Of a DNA stretch of 64,000 bases, positions 48,395-56,716 are shown in pieces; the first letter of the stretch is position 1, and every line of letters starts with the position of its first letter. Location: assembly GCA_034676805.1 (NCBI GenBank), contig JAXDDO010000080.1:2261-66260 (forward strand), written 5' to 3'. The notes beneath the pieces are model-generated. The model ran no database searches. It had not been told where the DNA came from and worked only from the letters and a program-made list of their open reading frames with translations. Source of the stretch: Anaerolineae bacterium (GTDB taxonomy: Bacteria > Chloroflexota > Anaerolineae > B4-G1 > SLSP01). The position numbers were made by a program, and so were the translations under genes.

Positions 48395-48769
48395 TCACCT
48401 CCTTTTTCCGTATGCCGTTAGCAGGAGGCCGATCGCCTCTCGACTTTCCTGCAGCACCTCCACCCACTCACCCAGCACGGCTTCGCCTTGGGGTGTGAGT
48501 GCGTAGACGCGTCGCGGAGGCCCTTGGGTACGCTCTGCCTCCCACTCCGAACTCACCCACCCCGCATCCTCCATGGTCTGCAGGACACGGTAGATCCGCC
48601 GCAACGACACCTGTTCCATGCTGAACGCGGCGACAGCCTCGGCAAGGGCATAGCCATGAGCCGGCCCCTTGAGTAGGGTAACCAGCATTGCTGGCTCCAG
48701 CAGATGCGCGGCTCGTCCGCGAGACTGCCCGCGTCCTCGCCTCCCTCTATGTCCCTGTCGTCCGTGCAC
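48395..48769 (-). CDS. PadR family transcriptional regulator
   Basis: PAHGYAL, IYRVL..ME..G, GPPRRVYALT..G. Confidence 0.9.
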   Translation of the reverse strand: MHGRQGHRGRRGRGQSRGRAAHLLEPAMLVTLLKGPAHGYALAEAVAAFSMEQVSLRRIYRVLQTMEDAGWVSSEWEAERTQGPPRRVYALTPQGEAVLGEWVEVLQESREAIGLLLTAYGKRR

Positions 48770-48783
48770 GTTCCCTCCTTGGT

Positions 48784-48910
48784 GTCAATTGACTATAGTC
48801 TATCACACTATTGTCTTTATATCAATAGGCAACTTGACTCTATCCGCGAAGTCGAACCGAATTCGCTCGACGCCAAACTGTCTTGACTCGTCTCGGAGAG
48901 TGCCTAGAAT
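48784..48910. promoter_or_regulatory. AT-rich divergent promoter region with palindromes (probable PadR operator)
   Basis: ATTGAC-TATA-GTCTAT at 48788-48803; CTATTG-N9-CAATAG at 48808-48828; TTGACT-N16-TAGAAT at 48883-48910. Confidence 0.55.
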
Positions 48911-49031
48911 GAACAAACCTGCCACGTACGGGGCGGGCCGCTGGGGCGCGGGATAGCTAGCCCATATTGGAGCGCGTGTTTGTGGGACGCTGTACACAGA
49001 GTCCTATGGGGCAGCCGGAAGGAGGCTGTGT

Positions 49032-50243
49032 ATGAGTATAGTATCGATAGTGAAGGTGCATGAAGGTCGTGTAAGCGATGCCGTACGTCACGCAGTGGAT
49101 CTAGTCGATGGCATGGCAATCCTCAAACCCGGTGATACCGTACTGATCAAACCGAACCTCGTCAAGCCGGCTCCCTCTGGTTCCGGCATCATCACAGACG
49201 CCCGTGTCACCGAGGCCGTCGTTCAACTGGTCCTAGAACACGACCCTGCTCGGGTCATCATCGGTGAGGGCTCCTCTGTTGGCTACGATTTCCCCGGCCA
49301 GGTCGATTCCCTGACGGCGATGGAGGTCAGCGGCACCGCCGACGTGGCTCGCAAGTACGGGCTACCTATGGTGGATCTCAACCACGACGACGTCGTCGAA
49401 GTCCAGGCCCATGATGCGTATGTCATGGATACGTTCGGCGTGGCCCGTACCGCGTGGGAAGCCAACGTCACCATCGATCTGCCGGTGGTGAAGACCCATG
49501 CTCGAACCGGTATTACCTGCGGGCTGAAGAACATGAAGGGTGTACTGCCGGGAACAGAGAAAAAGCGCACTCACAGAGTCGGCTTGGATCGGGGGATTGT
49601 GGACCTCAACCGAGTCATGCGGCCCCATCTCACAGTGGTGGATGCCTTGGTCGGGCGAGCTGGGACCCACACGCGCGACGAAGACCGTGTAGCACTCGAC
49701 TGCGTCCTTGCAGGCGCCGATGTGGTCGCCGTGGATGCCGTCTGCGCCACGATTATGGGATTCGATGTCGAGGAGATCCTGCACATCCGCCTGGCTGATG
49801 AGGCCGGCTTGGGCGAGGCCGACCTTGATCGGATCGATGTCTACGGTGAGCGCATCGCCAACGTCGCACGACCCTTTCAGCCATACATCGAGGCAGCGAA
49901 GGAACGTTTCGGCGATGCCACGATCATCGAGAAGAACACGTGCACCGGTTGCATCGGCGAGATGGAGAGCACCTTCCTCTATCTCAACAGGGCCGGGTAC
50001 GCAGATCGCCTCAAGGAGCTTGTCCTCGTGCTTGGCACGCCCGACGAGGTCCCCGATCTGGACACGACGCCCGTGATCGTCGGTAAATGCCCCAGCGACT
50101 ACAAGCATCTGGGCGTGTGGGTCGGGGGCTGCCCACCCCATGGTATCAAGATCACTGAGGCCGTCTGTGAGGCACTGGGATTGGACAAAGACGCCGTCTA
50201 CAGAGCAATCGAGGAGCTGCACAATACGGGTTCGGTCTTGTGA
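49032..50243 (+). CDS. DUF362 domain iron-sulfur protein
   Basis: VLIKPN, KTH, LKNMKG, VAVDAV; C-terminal CTGC, GKC and GCPP. Confidence 0.9.
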   Translation: MSIVSIVKVHEGRVSDAVRHAVDLVDGMAILKPGDTVLIKPNLVKPAPSGSGIITDARVTEAVVQLVLEHDPARVIIGEGSSVGYDFPGQVDSLTAMEVSGTADVARKYGLPMVDLNHDDVVEVQAHDAYVMDTFGVARTAWEANVTIDLPVVKTHARTGITCGLKNMKGVLPGTEKKRTHRVGLDRGIVDLNRVMRPHLTVVDALVGRAGTHTRDEDRVALDCVLAGADVVAVDAVCATIMGFDVEEILHIRLADEAGLGEADLDRIDVYGERIANVARPFQPYIEAAKERFGDATIIEKNTCTGCIGEMESTFLYLNRAGYADRLKELVLVLGTPDEVPDLDTTPVIVGKCPSDYKHLGVWVGGCPPHGIKITEAVCEALGLDKDAVYRAIEELHNTGSVL

Positions 50244-50339
50244 CACGCGCTCACACCAGTACGGAGGATAGCAGGGCTCCAGTCGCTGGATGGGCCGGAG
50301 CCCTGTCAACATCAGGCGAAGACGGACGAGCGTATCGGG

Positions 50340-51782
50340 CTAACCTGGCATGTCGGCAAAGTGCCCAATCAGGCGATCGGTAGCTGCGTGAGGCCGGGGG
50401 TCAACGTGAACAGGCAGGTGATCATAGATCCGATAGACGCGGTCCCAATAGGCTTGACGCAGCGCGCCGAAGTCCGGTGCTGACCCGGAGAGCGCGGCGA
50501 ATAGCTCTGCGAAGAAGGTTAACTCGCGGCGATAGGCTGACGGTGAAGGATGGAACGGCACTTCGTCGCGCTCACAGCCCTCAAGGTCGCGCAGAATCCG
50601 CGCGAGCTCAAGCATCTGCCCGTGATAGACCTCGCGTGGCAGATCGATGATATGGTAGTTCCCCCAATCACGGATCACCTCGAACAGCGGCAGGAACGGC
50701 ACAATAGCGCGGCCCTGACGCCCGAAGAGTGCTTCATAGAAGTCGCCCGCCAGAACCTCTGGATCGGCATCCGGGTTAAGAAATGACTGCGCGGACTCGT
50801 ACAGGGATAACTGGTTGAGCAAGGGCGTCATGGTGAAACAGATTCCGCCGCGATAACCCCCACACGCACGTTCTTCGCGCCGGCGCCCGAAAAGGCGCTC
50901 GAACCGGTAGTGCGGAACTACGTTGTTCTCTCCCTCCGTCAGGCTGAAGTCCCACGTCTGCACGGGATGGGTTCGGGCCACCTCGGCAACCCAGGGCCGT
51001 GCGTCCCGGTCTCCGCCCGGATTGCCATCCGAATCGAAACCCATATTCAGCGCTACCGATGTTCCAGTTGGGAAGTAGGGCAGGCGCTGGAGCAGGTGCG
51101 CCATCGAGCGATCCGCGCGGTCACGGTCGAACCGCCACGCCGTGTGCTGGTATTCCGCTATGAACTCCCCTTGCCATCCCTCCGGTCCTTCGATATTGCC
51201 CCACCCAAAGAACGGTGGTCCCCACGTGTGGAACTCGATCTCAACGCCAGGAAGCACCCTAGTCACCTGCTGCGCGATCTCGATGGATCGATCGATGTAC
51301 GTCAGCGCAGTGCACCCGTTGCGCGAACAGGCACCCGGATCACCGGGAAAGATGCCCATGATGTCGAGCCTGGGGAGTGCACGAGCCCACGCCTCCCACA
51401 GAAACCGAATCTCCTCCCATTCTGCAGGCACGTTCGGGCATAATGTATGCCACTGCGTGCCCACAGTGGCCAACCCGCACAGCGCCTCGACCTTCAGTCC
51501 CCTAGAATGGGCGTGGTCGATGATGCCATTCATCTGACGCACAAACGTGCGACCGAACTCTGACGCTAACCCCTCCCGGCAGAACAGGCGTGGGACCAGC
51601 CAGAACTCCAGCACGTTGAACCCGAAACCCGCAACCATGTCGACCAGGCTTCGCCAGTCGCGGTCAGACCATCGATACGGCAGGTCCGGATAGAGCATGT
51701 TCGGATTGTACGCGTTGAGTAAATGCGCAGCGAAGTTGTTATAGTACGTGCGGCGGCTGCCAAACTCGTGTTCGGTCTCCAC
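50340..51782 (-). CDS. Uncharacterised TIM-barrel, glycoside-hydrolase-like protein
   Basis: AGGAGG before GTG; WSDRDW..LVDMVAGFGFN.LEFW; FPGDPGACSRNGC. Confidence 0.6.
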   Translation of the reverse strand: METEHEFGSRRTYYNNFAAHLLNAYNPNMLYPDLPYRWSDRDWRSLVDMVAGFGFNVLEFWLVPRLFCREGLASEFGRTFVRQMNGIIDHAHSRGLKVEALCGLATVGTQWHTLCPNVPAEWEEIRFLWEAWARALPRLDIMGIFPGDPGACSRNGCTALTYIDRSIEIAQQVTRVLPGVEIEFHTWGPPFFGWGNIEGPEGWQGEFIAEYQHTAWRFDRDRADRSMAHLLQRLPYFPTGTSVALNMGFDSDGNPGGDRDARPWVAEVARTHPVQTWDFSLTEGENNVVPHYRFERLFGRRREERACGGYRGGICFTMTPLLNQLSLYESAQSFLNPDADPEVLAGDFYEALFGRQGRAIVPFLPLFEVIRDWGNYHIIDLPREVYHGQMLELARILRDLEGCERDEVPFHPSPSAYRRELTFFAELFAALSGSAPDFGALRQAYWDRVYRIYDHLPVHVDPRPHAATDRLIGHFADMPG

Positions 51783-52042
51783 AATCCCTCCTTCGGGAAT
51801 CAGGGTCAAAGTCACTTCACGCCTGCCATCCTTGGTGGCGAACAATGACGCTATCTGATAATAGGTCGCTTGGGCCGAAGCCGCAACTGCCACGGCGGCA
51901 CCTGCATGGCTGCCTCGCTGGATCCCCCGCCCCCTTGCCCGTCAGCCGCCGATCTATGGGCAGCGCTCAGCGTGGCGGAGCTCAGCTGTGGTTCAACCGC
52001 CGCTCCAAGTCGATCGATCGTCCAGCAAATCCGCTGTACCGA

Positions 52043-52112
52043 CAAAATAGTGATGTTCTTACCAAAATAGTTGGTCCAAACTCTTGACAATCCGTGACTT
52101 TCTTGGTATCAT
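52043..52112 (+). promoter_or_regulatory. Promoter with upstream direct repeats
   Basis: CAAAATAGT at 52043 and 52063; TTGACA-N17-TATCAT with TG extension at 52084-52112. Confidence 0.65.
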
Positions 52113-52136
52113 CTAGACGAACCTAGGAGGTGGGTC

Positions 52137-52520
52137 ATGCGCAAGATCCTCGAACACTGCCCATCGTGCGATGCCGACATGCTCATTACGCGGATGAGCT
52201 GCCCGGCCTGCGGCACGGTGGTCCTCGGCACCTGGGCGCCCTGCCGCTTCTGCCAGCTCTCGCCTGAGCAAACAGAACTTCTGGAGGCCTTTGTGCGCTC
52301 TCGCGGCAACGTCAAGGAGATGGCTCGCGAGCTCGACGTCTCTTACTGGACGCTCCGCAAGCAGCTGGATGACTTGGTCGAAGCCTTGGGGTACGAAGCT
52401 ACCCCGCCCCCACCGGATGATACCGGCGAGCAACAGATGGGGGTTCTCGACCGGCTAGACCGTGGCGAGATCAGTGCCTCCGAAGCAGCCAGGTTGCTGG
52501 AAGGGCTGAAGGCCGACTGA
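52137..52520 (+). CDS. DUF2089 family protein (Zn ribbon, HTH, C-terminal SHOCT-like domain)
   Basis: CPSC..CPAC, LSPEQ..F..SRGNVKEMAREL.VSYWT, VLDRLDRGEISASEA. Confidence 0.9.
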   Translation: MRKILEHCPSCDADMLITRMSCPACGTVVLGTWAPCRFCQLSPEQTELLEAFVRSRGNVKEMARELDVSYWTLRKQLDDLVEALGYEATPPPPDDTGEQQMGVLDRLDRGEISASEAARLLEGLKAD

Positions 52521-52574
52521 GCCGGTGCGTGGTCTGCACCACCGGATGGGCACCATTTGGAGAAAGGATGTGCA

Positions 52575-53396
52575 ATGAGCGACCAGACTATGAAGATCCT
52601 CCAGATGCTGGAGGACGGCAAAATCACCGTTGAAGAGGCAAACCGCCTGATCTCGGCGGTGCAGGATCTGGAGGAGCAAGAGGCCGAGCCGGATACTCGA
52701 CGCCAGCGGCACAGTCACCCGGGCCCCCAGATTCCCCACATTGGGTCTATCCCACCCATGCCACCCATGCCCCCGATGCCCGACGTTGGCAAGATCGTGA
52801 ACGATGCTCTCAGCGGGGCCTTTCGGGGCCTACACATCCACCCAGGACCGGGAAGTGAGGAAGGCGGGCCAGCGGGCACAGTCGTCTTTCAGGGGGCGCG
52901 ATTCAAGGGGGCTCGACTGGAGCATACCGACCTGACCGGCGCCAAGCTTGACGAGAACACCCGCCTGGAGGGCGCTGACATGCGCTATGCGGCTTTCGTG
53001 GATGCCGACTTGCGAGGGGCGGACCTTCGCGGAGCCGTGATGTGCTACAGCGCGTTCGTGGACACGAAGTTCCGAGACGCCGATCTGCGCGGTGCCAATC
53101 TGAGCTACGGGTCCTACGTTGGGGCAGATTTCCGCAGCGCTGACCTCCACGGCGCCGACCTCAGCTACAGCGACCTCTCCAACGCCGACTTCCGCGACAC
53201 GAATGAGCCTGGACTGAACCTACGGGGCGTTGCCATGCGCGGGATCAAGTATCAAGCGGCGAGCCCTGAAGATGTAGCGTCACCGGAGAGCGCCGAGGCG
53301 CCGGCGCATGCCGCCACGGATGCCAACGATGTCGAACAGAATATCGACAATGCCGCCGAGGAGCACGAGGCACAGCCGCGCCACGACGAGAACTAG
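52575..53396 (+). CDS. SHOCT-like (YvlB/LiaX-N) domain fused to pentapeptide repeats
   Basis: KILQMLEDGKITVEEANRLI; PPM repeats; a long run of A(D/N)(L/F)xx pentapeptides. Confidence 0.85.
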   Translation: MSDQTMKILQMLEDGKITVEEANRLISAVQDLEEQEAEPDTRRQRHSHPGPQIPHIGSIPPMPPMPPMPDVGKIVNDALSGAFRGLHIHPGPGSEEGGPAGTVVFQGARFKGARLEHTDLTGAKLDENTRLEGADMRYAAFVDADLRGADLRGAVMCYSAFVDTKFRDADLRGANLSYGSYVGADFRSADLHGADLSYSDLSNADFRDTNEPGLNLRGVAMRGIKYQAASPEDVASPESAEAPAHAATDANDVEQNIDNAAEEHEAQPRHDEN

Positions 53397-53646
53397 GCGT
53401 CCAAGACAGCGTCAGACGCCGCTCTGGCCACACGGCACCACAGACGGGCGAGCGCCACTTGGCCGCTCGCCCGTCATACGTTGGCCTCTGAGTGTGATCG
53501 GCGATAGCCAAGTCGGCTATGCCTGTACACGATCGGGGTTCGTCATACTGCAGCCTGGATCCGCCAGCCAGTATCGCGTGCTTTCGTCCGGTTGGTCTCT
53601 TTGCCGTAGGCTGCACAGCTCTTGACGGCTAAGGTAAGTCGCCCAG

Positions 53647-54282
53647 CTATTCGGGCACGCCACGCGCCGAGGGGTCTGCGCCCACGAGGAACAGCCCCAG
53701 ACCAAACAGGAGCGCCGCCGTGCTCGCAACGAGCAGCGGCCACCGCAGTGCCGCGCCCGCCTCCGGCAGCATCTGGGGCAACTCATCGGTCAGCCGGAAG
53801 GTCCCGGAGACTACCTGGCCCGCGTGCAGAACGGCCACATCGGGTGTAGGTAACTCGAACGTGCCCGCGGTTCCCAGATCGACGTGTAACACGGCGTGGA
53901 GGTATTGCGAGGTGCTGCCGGCGTCAAGTGACACGGCAACCGCATAGCGTTCGCCCGTAGTCACTGGAGCGAAACCGACAAGCGATCCCCGCTGCCCGTC
54001 GGCATCAGCGTAGATGGCGATCCAGCCTGGTTCCGTGCTCACGACGCGAGCGATAGTCACCGTATCGTTCACCAGCGCCTGGTCAAAGACGACCAGACTG
54101 GGAGGCATAGACTCTGACACTTGAGGTGCGGCGTCCGCTACTGCGGACTCCACCTCCACTGACTGAACCACCACCTGTGTTTGGGAGGCGCCAACCTCGG
54201 CGTTTCCCAGAATGCCCAGCAGTCCCAGCACGATGATAAGCGCCGCAACCACGAACGCCCTTACTGCTTCGTCCACTCCCAC
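53647..54282 (-). CDS. Secreted DUF7282-like protein with LPEAG anchor motif
   Basis: N-terminal signal; V.DQ..TVTI..V..PGWIAI..AVLHVD.G; C-terminal LPEAG plus TM. Start uncertain. Confidence 0.65.
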   Translation of the reverse strand: MGVDEAVRAFVVAALIIVLGLLGILGNAEVGASQTQVVVQSVEVESAVADAAPQVSESMPPSLVVFDQALVNDTVTIARVVSTEPGWIAIYADADGQRGSLVGFAPVTTGERYAVAVSLDAGSTSQYLHAVLHVDLGTAGTFELPTPDVAVLHAGQVVSGTFRLTDELPQMLPEAGAALRWPLLVASTAALLFGLGLFLVGADPSARGVPE

Positions 54283-54478
54283 CCGCCTCTCGCTCACCGG
54301 AAGCAACCCGGTAGCTGTGTTGCGGTATGCTAACCGATTATGGTGCCGACTGAGGATGGGGTCCGTTGGAATACCGGGCGGCATGCGTCGGGCTCTCCCG
54401 GGCCCCGCAGCACGATCCGCAACACTTCAGGCCGATTCAAGACCGGGCCCCTATCTACCGGCAATCAACTGCGCCCTC

Positions 54479-55849
54479 TCACTGGCCCGAGGTCGCTGAA
54501 GCCACCTCGACGCCGACAGTCTGCTCAACGACCGCGTCAGGCAACTCATCCTCGACGGCGCGAATACGCGGGTTCGCCCAGGCCAACGCGCTTGCCACAG
54601 CCAGCAACGCCCCTGCTACCAGGAAGATCACCGCGGTTCCACGGCCCGGCTCCGCACCCACCAGACGGCCCACCACAGAAGCCAGCCGCCCTTGTGCAGC
54701 CATCCACGGTTCGAACACGTGGTCAGCTAAGGGACCGGCAATCAGGAACGCGACCGGCATCATAGCGCGCGATATCATGCTACGCGCAGCGAATACCCGT
54801 CCCTGAACGTCGGGAGCAACCTTCGACTGGAAGATCGCCTGGCTCGGACCCGAGGCCATAGGTACACAGAAAAGCAGCAATCCCATGCCTAGCGCTGTCG
54901 TCAATCCTGACGGCGCAGCACCCATCAGCGCCAGCCCCACCGCCGCCAGGGTGATGAACCCTATGACTGCGACAACTCTGCGTTTGGGGCCTCCCCATGC
55001 ACCCATGACAACGCTGCCAAGTAGCATGCCGACGCCTGACGCGGTCTGCACTGCCCCCAGAGTTGCCGCGCTTCCGAAGGCAAGGACCATAGGAGAACTC
55101 AGAACGCCAGCCAGGTTGAGGAGAAAGTTCACCAGGGCAAAGTAGAACAGCATGCCCAGAAGCCCCCTGCGGGCCCTCAGGTACTGCCACCCGAATACGG
55201 CATCACGCCAGACAACCGCTCGGCGATGCGATGGGCGAGCGGCATCACCTTCGGTCAGGGCAGGCTGAGGTATGTGCACTAAGAGCAATGCACCAACGGC
55301 AAGAAAGTAAGTAAGGAAATCAATGGCAAAGATCCCGCGCATGCCGACGATGCCGAACAGCGCGGCCGCCAGTAGCGGTGAGACCAGCATCTCGAGCGCC
55401 TGTGCGGCTTGCACCAAGCCGTTTGCACGCGCAAGGTGCTCCTTGGCGACCAACATCGTGATGGAGGCCGTATATGCAGGCTCCTGGAACGCCGCAAAGG
55501 CTGCGCTCAGAGGCGCTATCAGATAGACGTGCCACACTTGGAGCCCCCCAGCCCACATAAGCAGCACGGCGCCCAACGTAACCAACGCATCACCGGTGTC
55601 GGCTAAGATCATCAGGCGACGCCGATTATGGCGATCCGCCAACGAACCTGCCAGAGGGGCCAACAGGATGCGCGGCAGGCTACCAAGCAGAACCGTCATA
55701 GCCAGAGGTGTTGCCTTCCCGGTCTGCTCGAACAACCATACGCCCAACGCGAACCCGGTCATACCCGATCCAACGATCGATATCACCTGGCCCAGCCAGA
55801 CGATAAGAAACGTGCGCATCCCTTTCGGCCTGAGCGACGATTGTTCCAT
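54479..55849 (-). CDS. MFS transporter (DHA3/macrolide-efflux-like)
   Basis: WLGQ.IS..GS, AGSLADR.NRRRLMI..D, QGRVFA; AAGGAG RBS. Confidence 0.92.
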   Translation of the reverse strand: MEQSSLRPKGMRTFLIVWLGQVISIVGSGMTGFALGVWLFEQTGKATPLAMTVLLGSLPRILLAPLAGSLADRHNRRRLMILADTGDALVTLGAVLLMWAGGLQVWHVYLIAPLSAAFAAFQEPAYTASITMLVAKEHLARANGLVQAAQALEMLVSPLLAAALFGIVGMRGIFAIDFLTYFLAVGALLLVHIPQPALTEGDAARPSHRRAVVWRDAVFGWQYLRARRGLLGMLFYFALVNFLLNLAGVLSSPMVLAFGSAATLGAVQTASGVGMLLGSVVMGAWGGPKRRVVAVIGFITLAAVGLALMGAAPSGLTTALGMGLLLFCVPMASGPSQAIFQSKVAPDVQGRVFAARSMISRAMMPVAFLIAGPLADHVFEPWMAAQGRLASVVGRLVGAEPGRGTAVIFLVAGALLAVASALAWANPRIRAVEDELPDAVVEQTVGVEVASATSGQ

Positions 55850-55869
55850 GGGCGTCTCCTTTGGGCGGT

Positions 55870-56499
55870 CTAGGCCGGCCCTCCCTCTTCGGGATAGTCG
55901 AAGTGCGGGTAAAAGGCGACCGTGAGTGCATAGGCCTGCGCCTCTTCTTCGTCCCAAGTCTCGCCTACCCCAGCGGCGGCAAAGTCGGCGAGCAAGGCCC
56001 TGAGTCGTGACTGAAACTCAGCCGCTCGCGACTCCGGAATGCGGTCCAACAGCCGCGTAACGATCATCGTCCGTGGCCTCTCGGGCGCACCAGCCTCCAG
56101 GGCGTCCCGGCGGGCCTCAAGGCTCCGCAGCACATCCTCTCGGGTCGCGTCAAGTGTTGATAGCAGAACCGAGTTGATGCTCTCCCGTCCCGGCCGCGTC
56201 TCGAACGCCAGCAACGAAGGCGCGATCTCGAGCTCGTAGGCGGCGGCCCGGAACACTTTCTCAACCAAGTTGCCGACCATATGCTGGTCCACGACCGTAA
56301 TGAGGCCACGCGACTCCAACAGATTCACGTGGTAATAGAGCCGGCCTGGCGCCAAACCCAACCGCGCCGCCAGCTCCTTGACGGTCAGGGCACGACCGGC
56401 CAACTGCTCATAGATCTGCGCGCGCAGTGCATCCGCCACCGTTCGTAGCGTATCGAGATCACGAATCTCCAGCACGTCTTCTGGTTCAAATTCTTGCAT
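55870..56499 (-). CDS. ArsR-like winged-helix transcriptional regulator
   Basis: ADALR..I..L, TVKELA..L, LYYHV..LE..GLI; imperfect palindrome GCGTTAG-N8-CTAATGC at 56535-56556 upstream. Confidence 0.85.
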   Translation of the reverse strand: MQEFEPEDVLEIRDLDTLRTVADALRAQIYEQLAGRALTVKELAARLGLAPGRLYYHVNLLESRGLITVVDQHMVGNLVEKVFRAAAYELEIAPSLLAFETRPGRESINSVLLSTLDATREDVLRSLEARRDALEAGAPERPRTMIVTRLLDRIPESRAAEFQSRLRALLADFAAAGVGETWDEEEAQAYALTVAFYPHFDYPEEGGPA

Positions 56500-56716
56500 C
56501 GCTACACTCCATCTAGTCGTACAGATTTGGTCAAGCGTTAGGATTTATTCTAATGCATCTTGGCGGGCGAGTCAAGGCCCTCGCTGCCCGGTTGCGTGGA
56601 CTTCGAGCTGCCTGGTGAAGTCGAATTGTCATGCATCGCAGGGCCTATGGTGTAGAATAGGAGAGACAAACAGCCCGCGGGCAGGGCCCGACATCAGTCT
56701 GCGTGGAGGTGACCCT

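Noticed and set aside
50272-50305. CAGGGCTCC/GGAGCCCTG stem as a novel RNA
   Set aside because: Most simply an ordinary terminator-like hairpin between convergent genes.
52748-52781. CCACCCATG-type tandem repeat as a contingency locus
   Set aside because: In-frame, degenerate 9-bp units simply encoding a Pro-Pro-Met linker.
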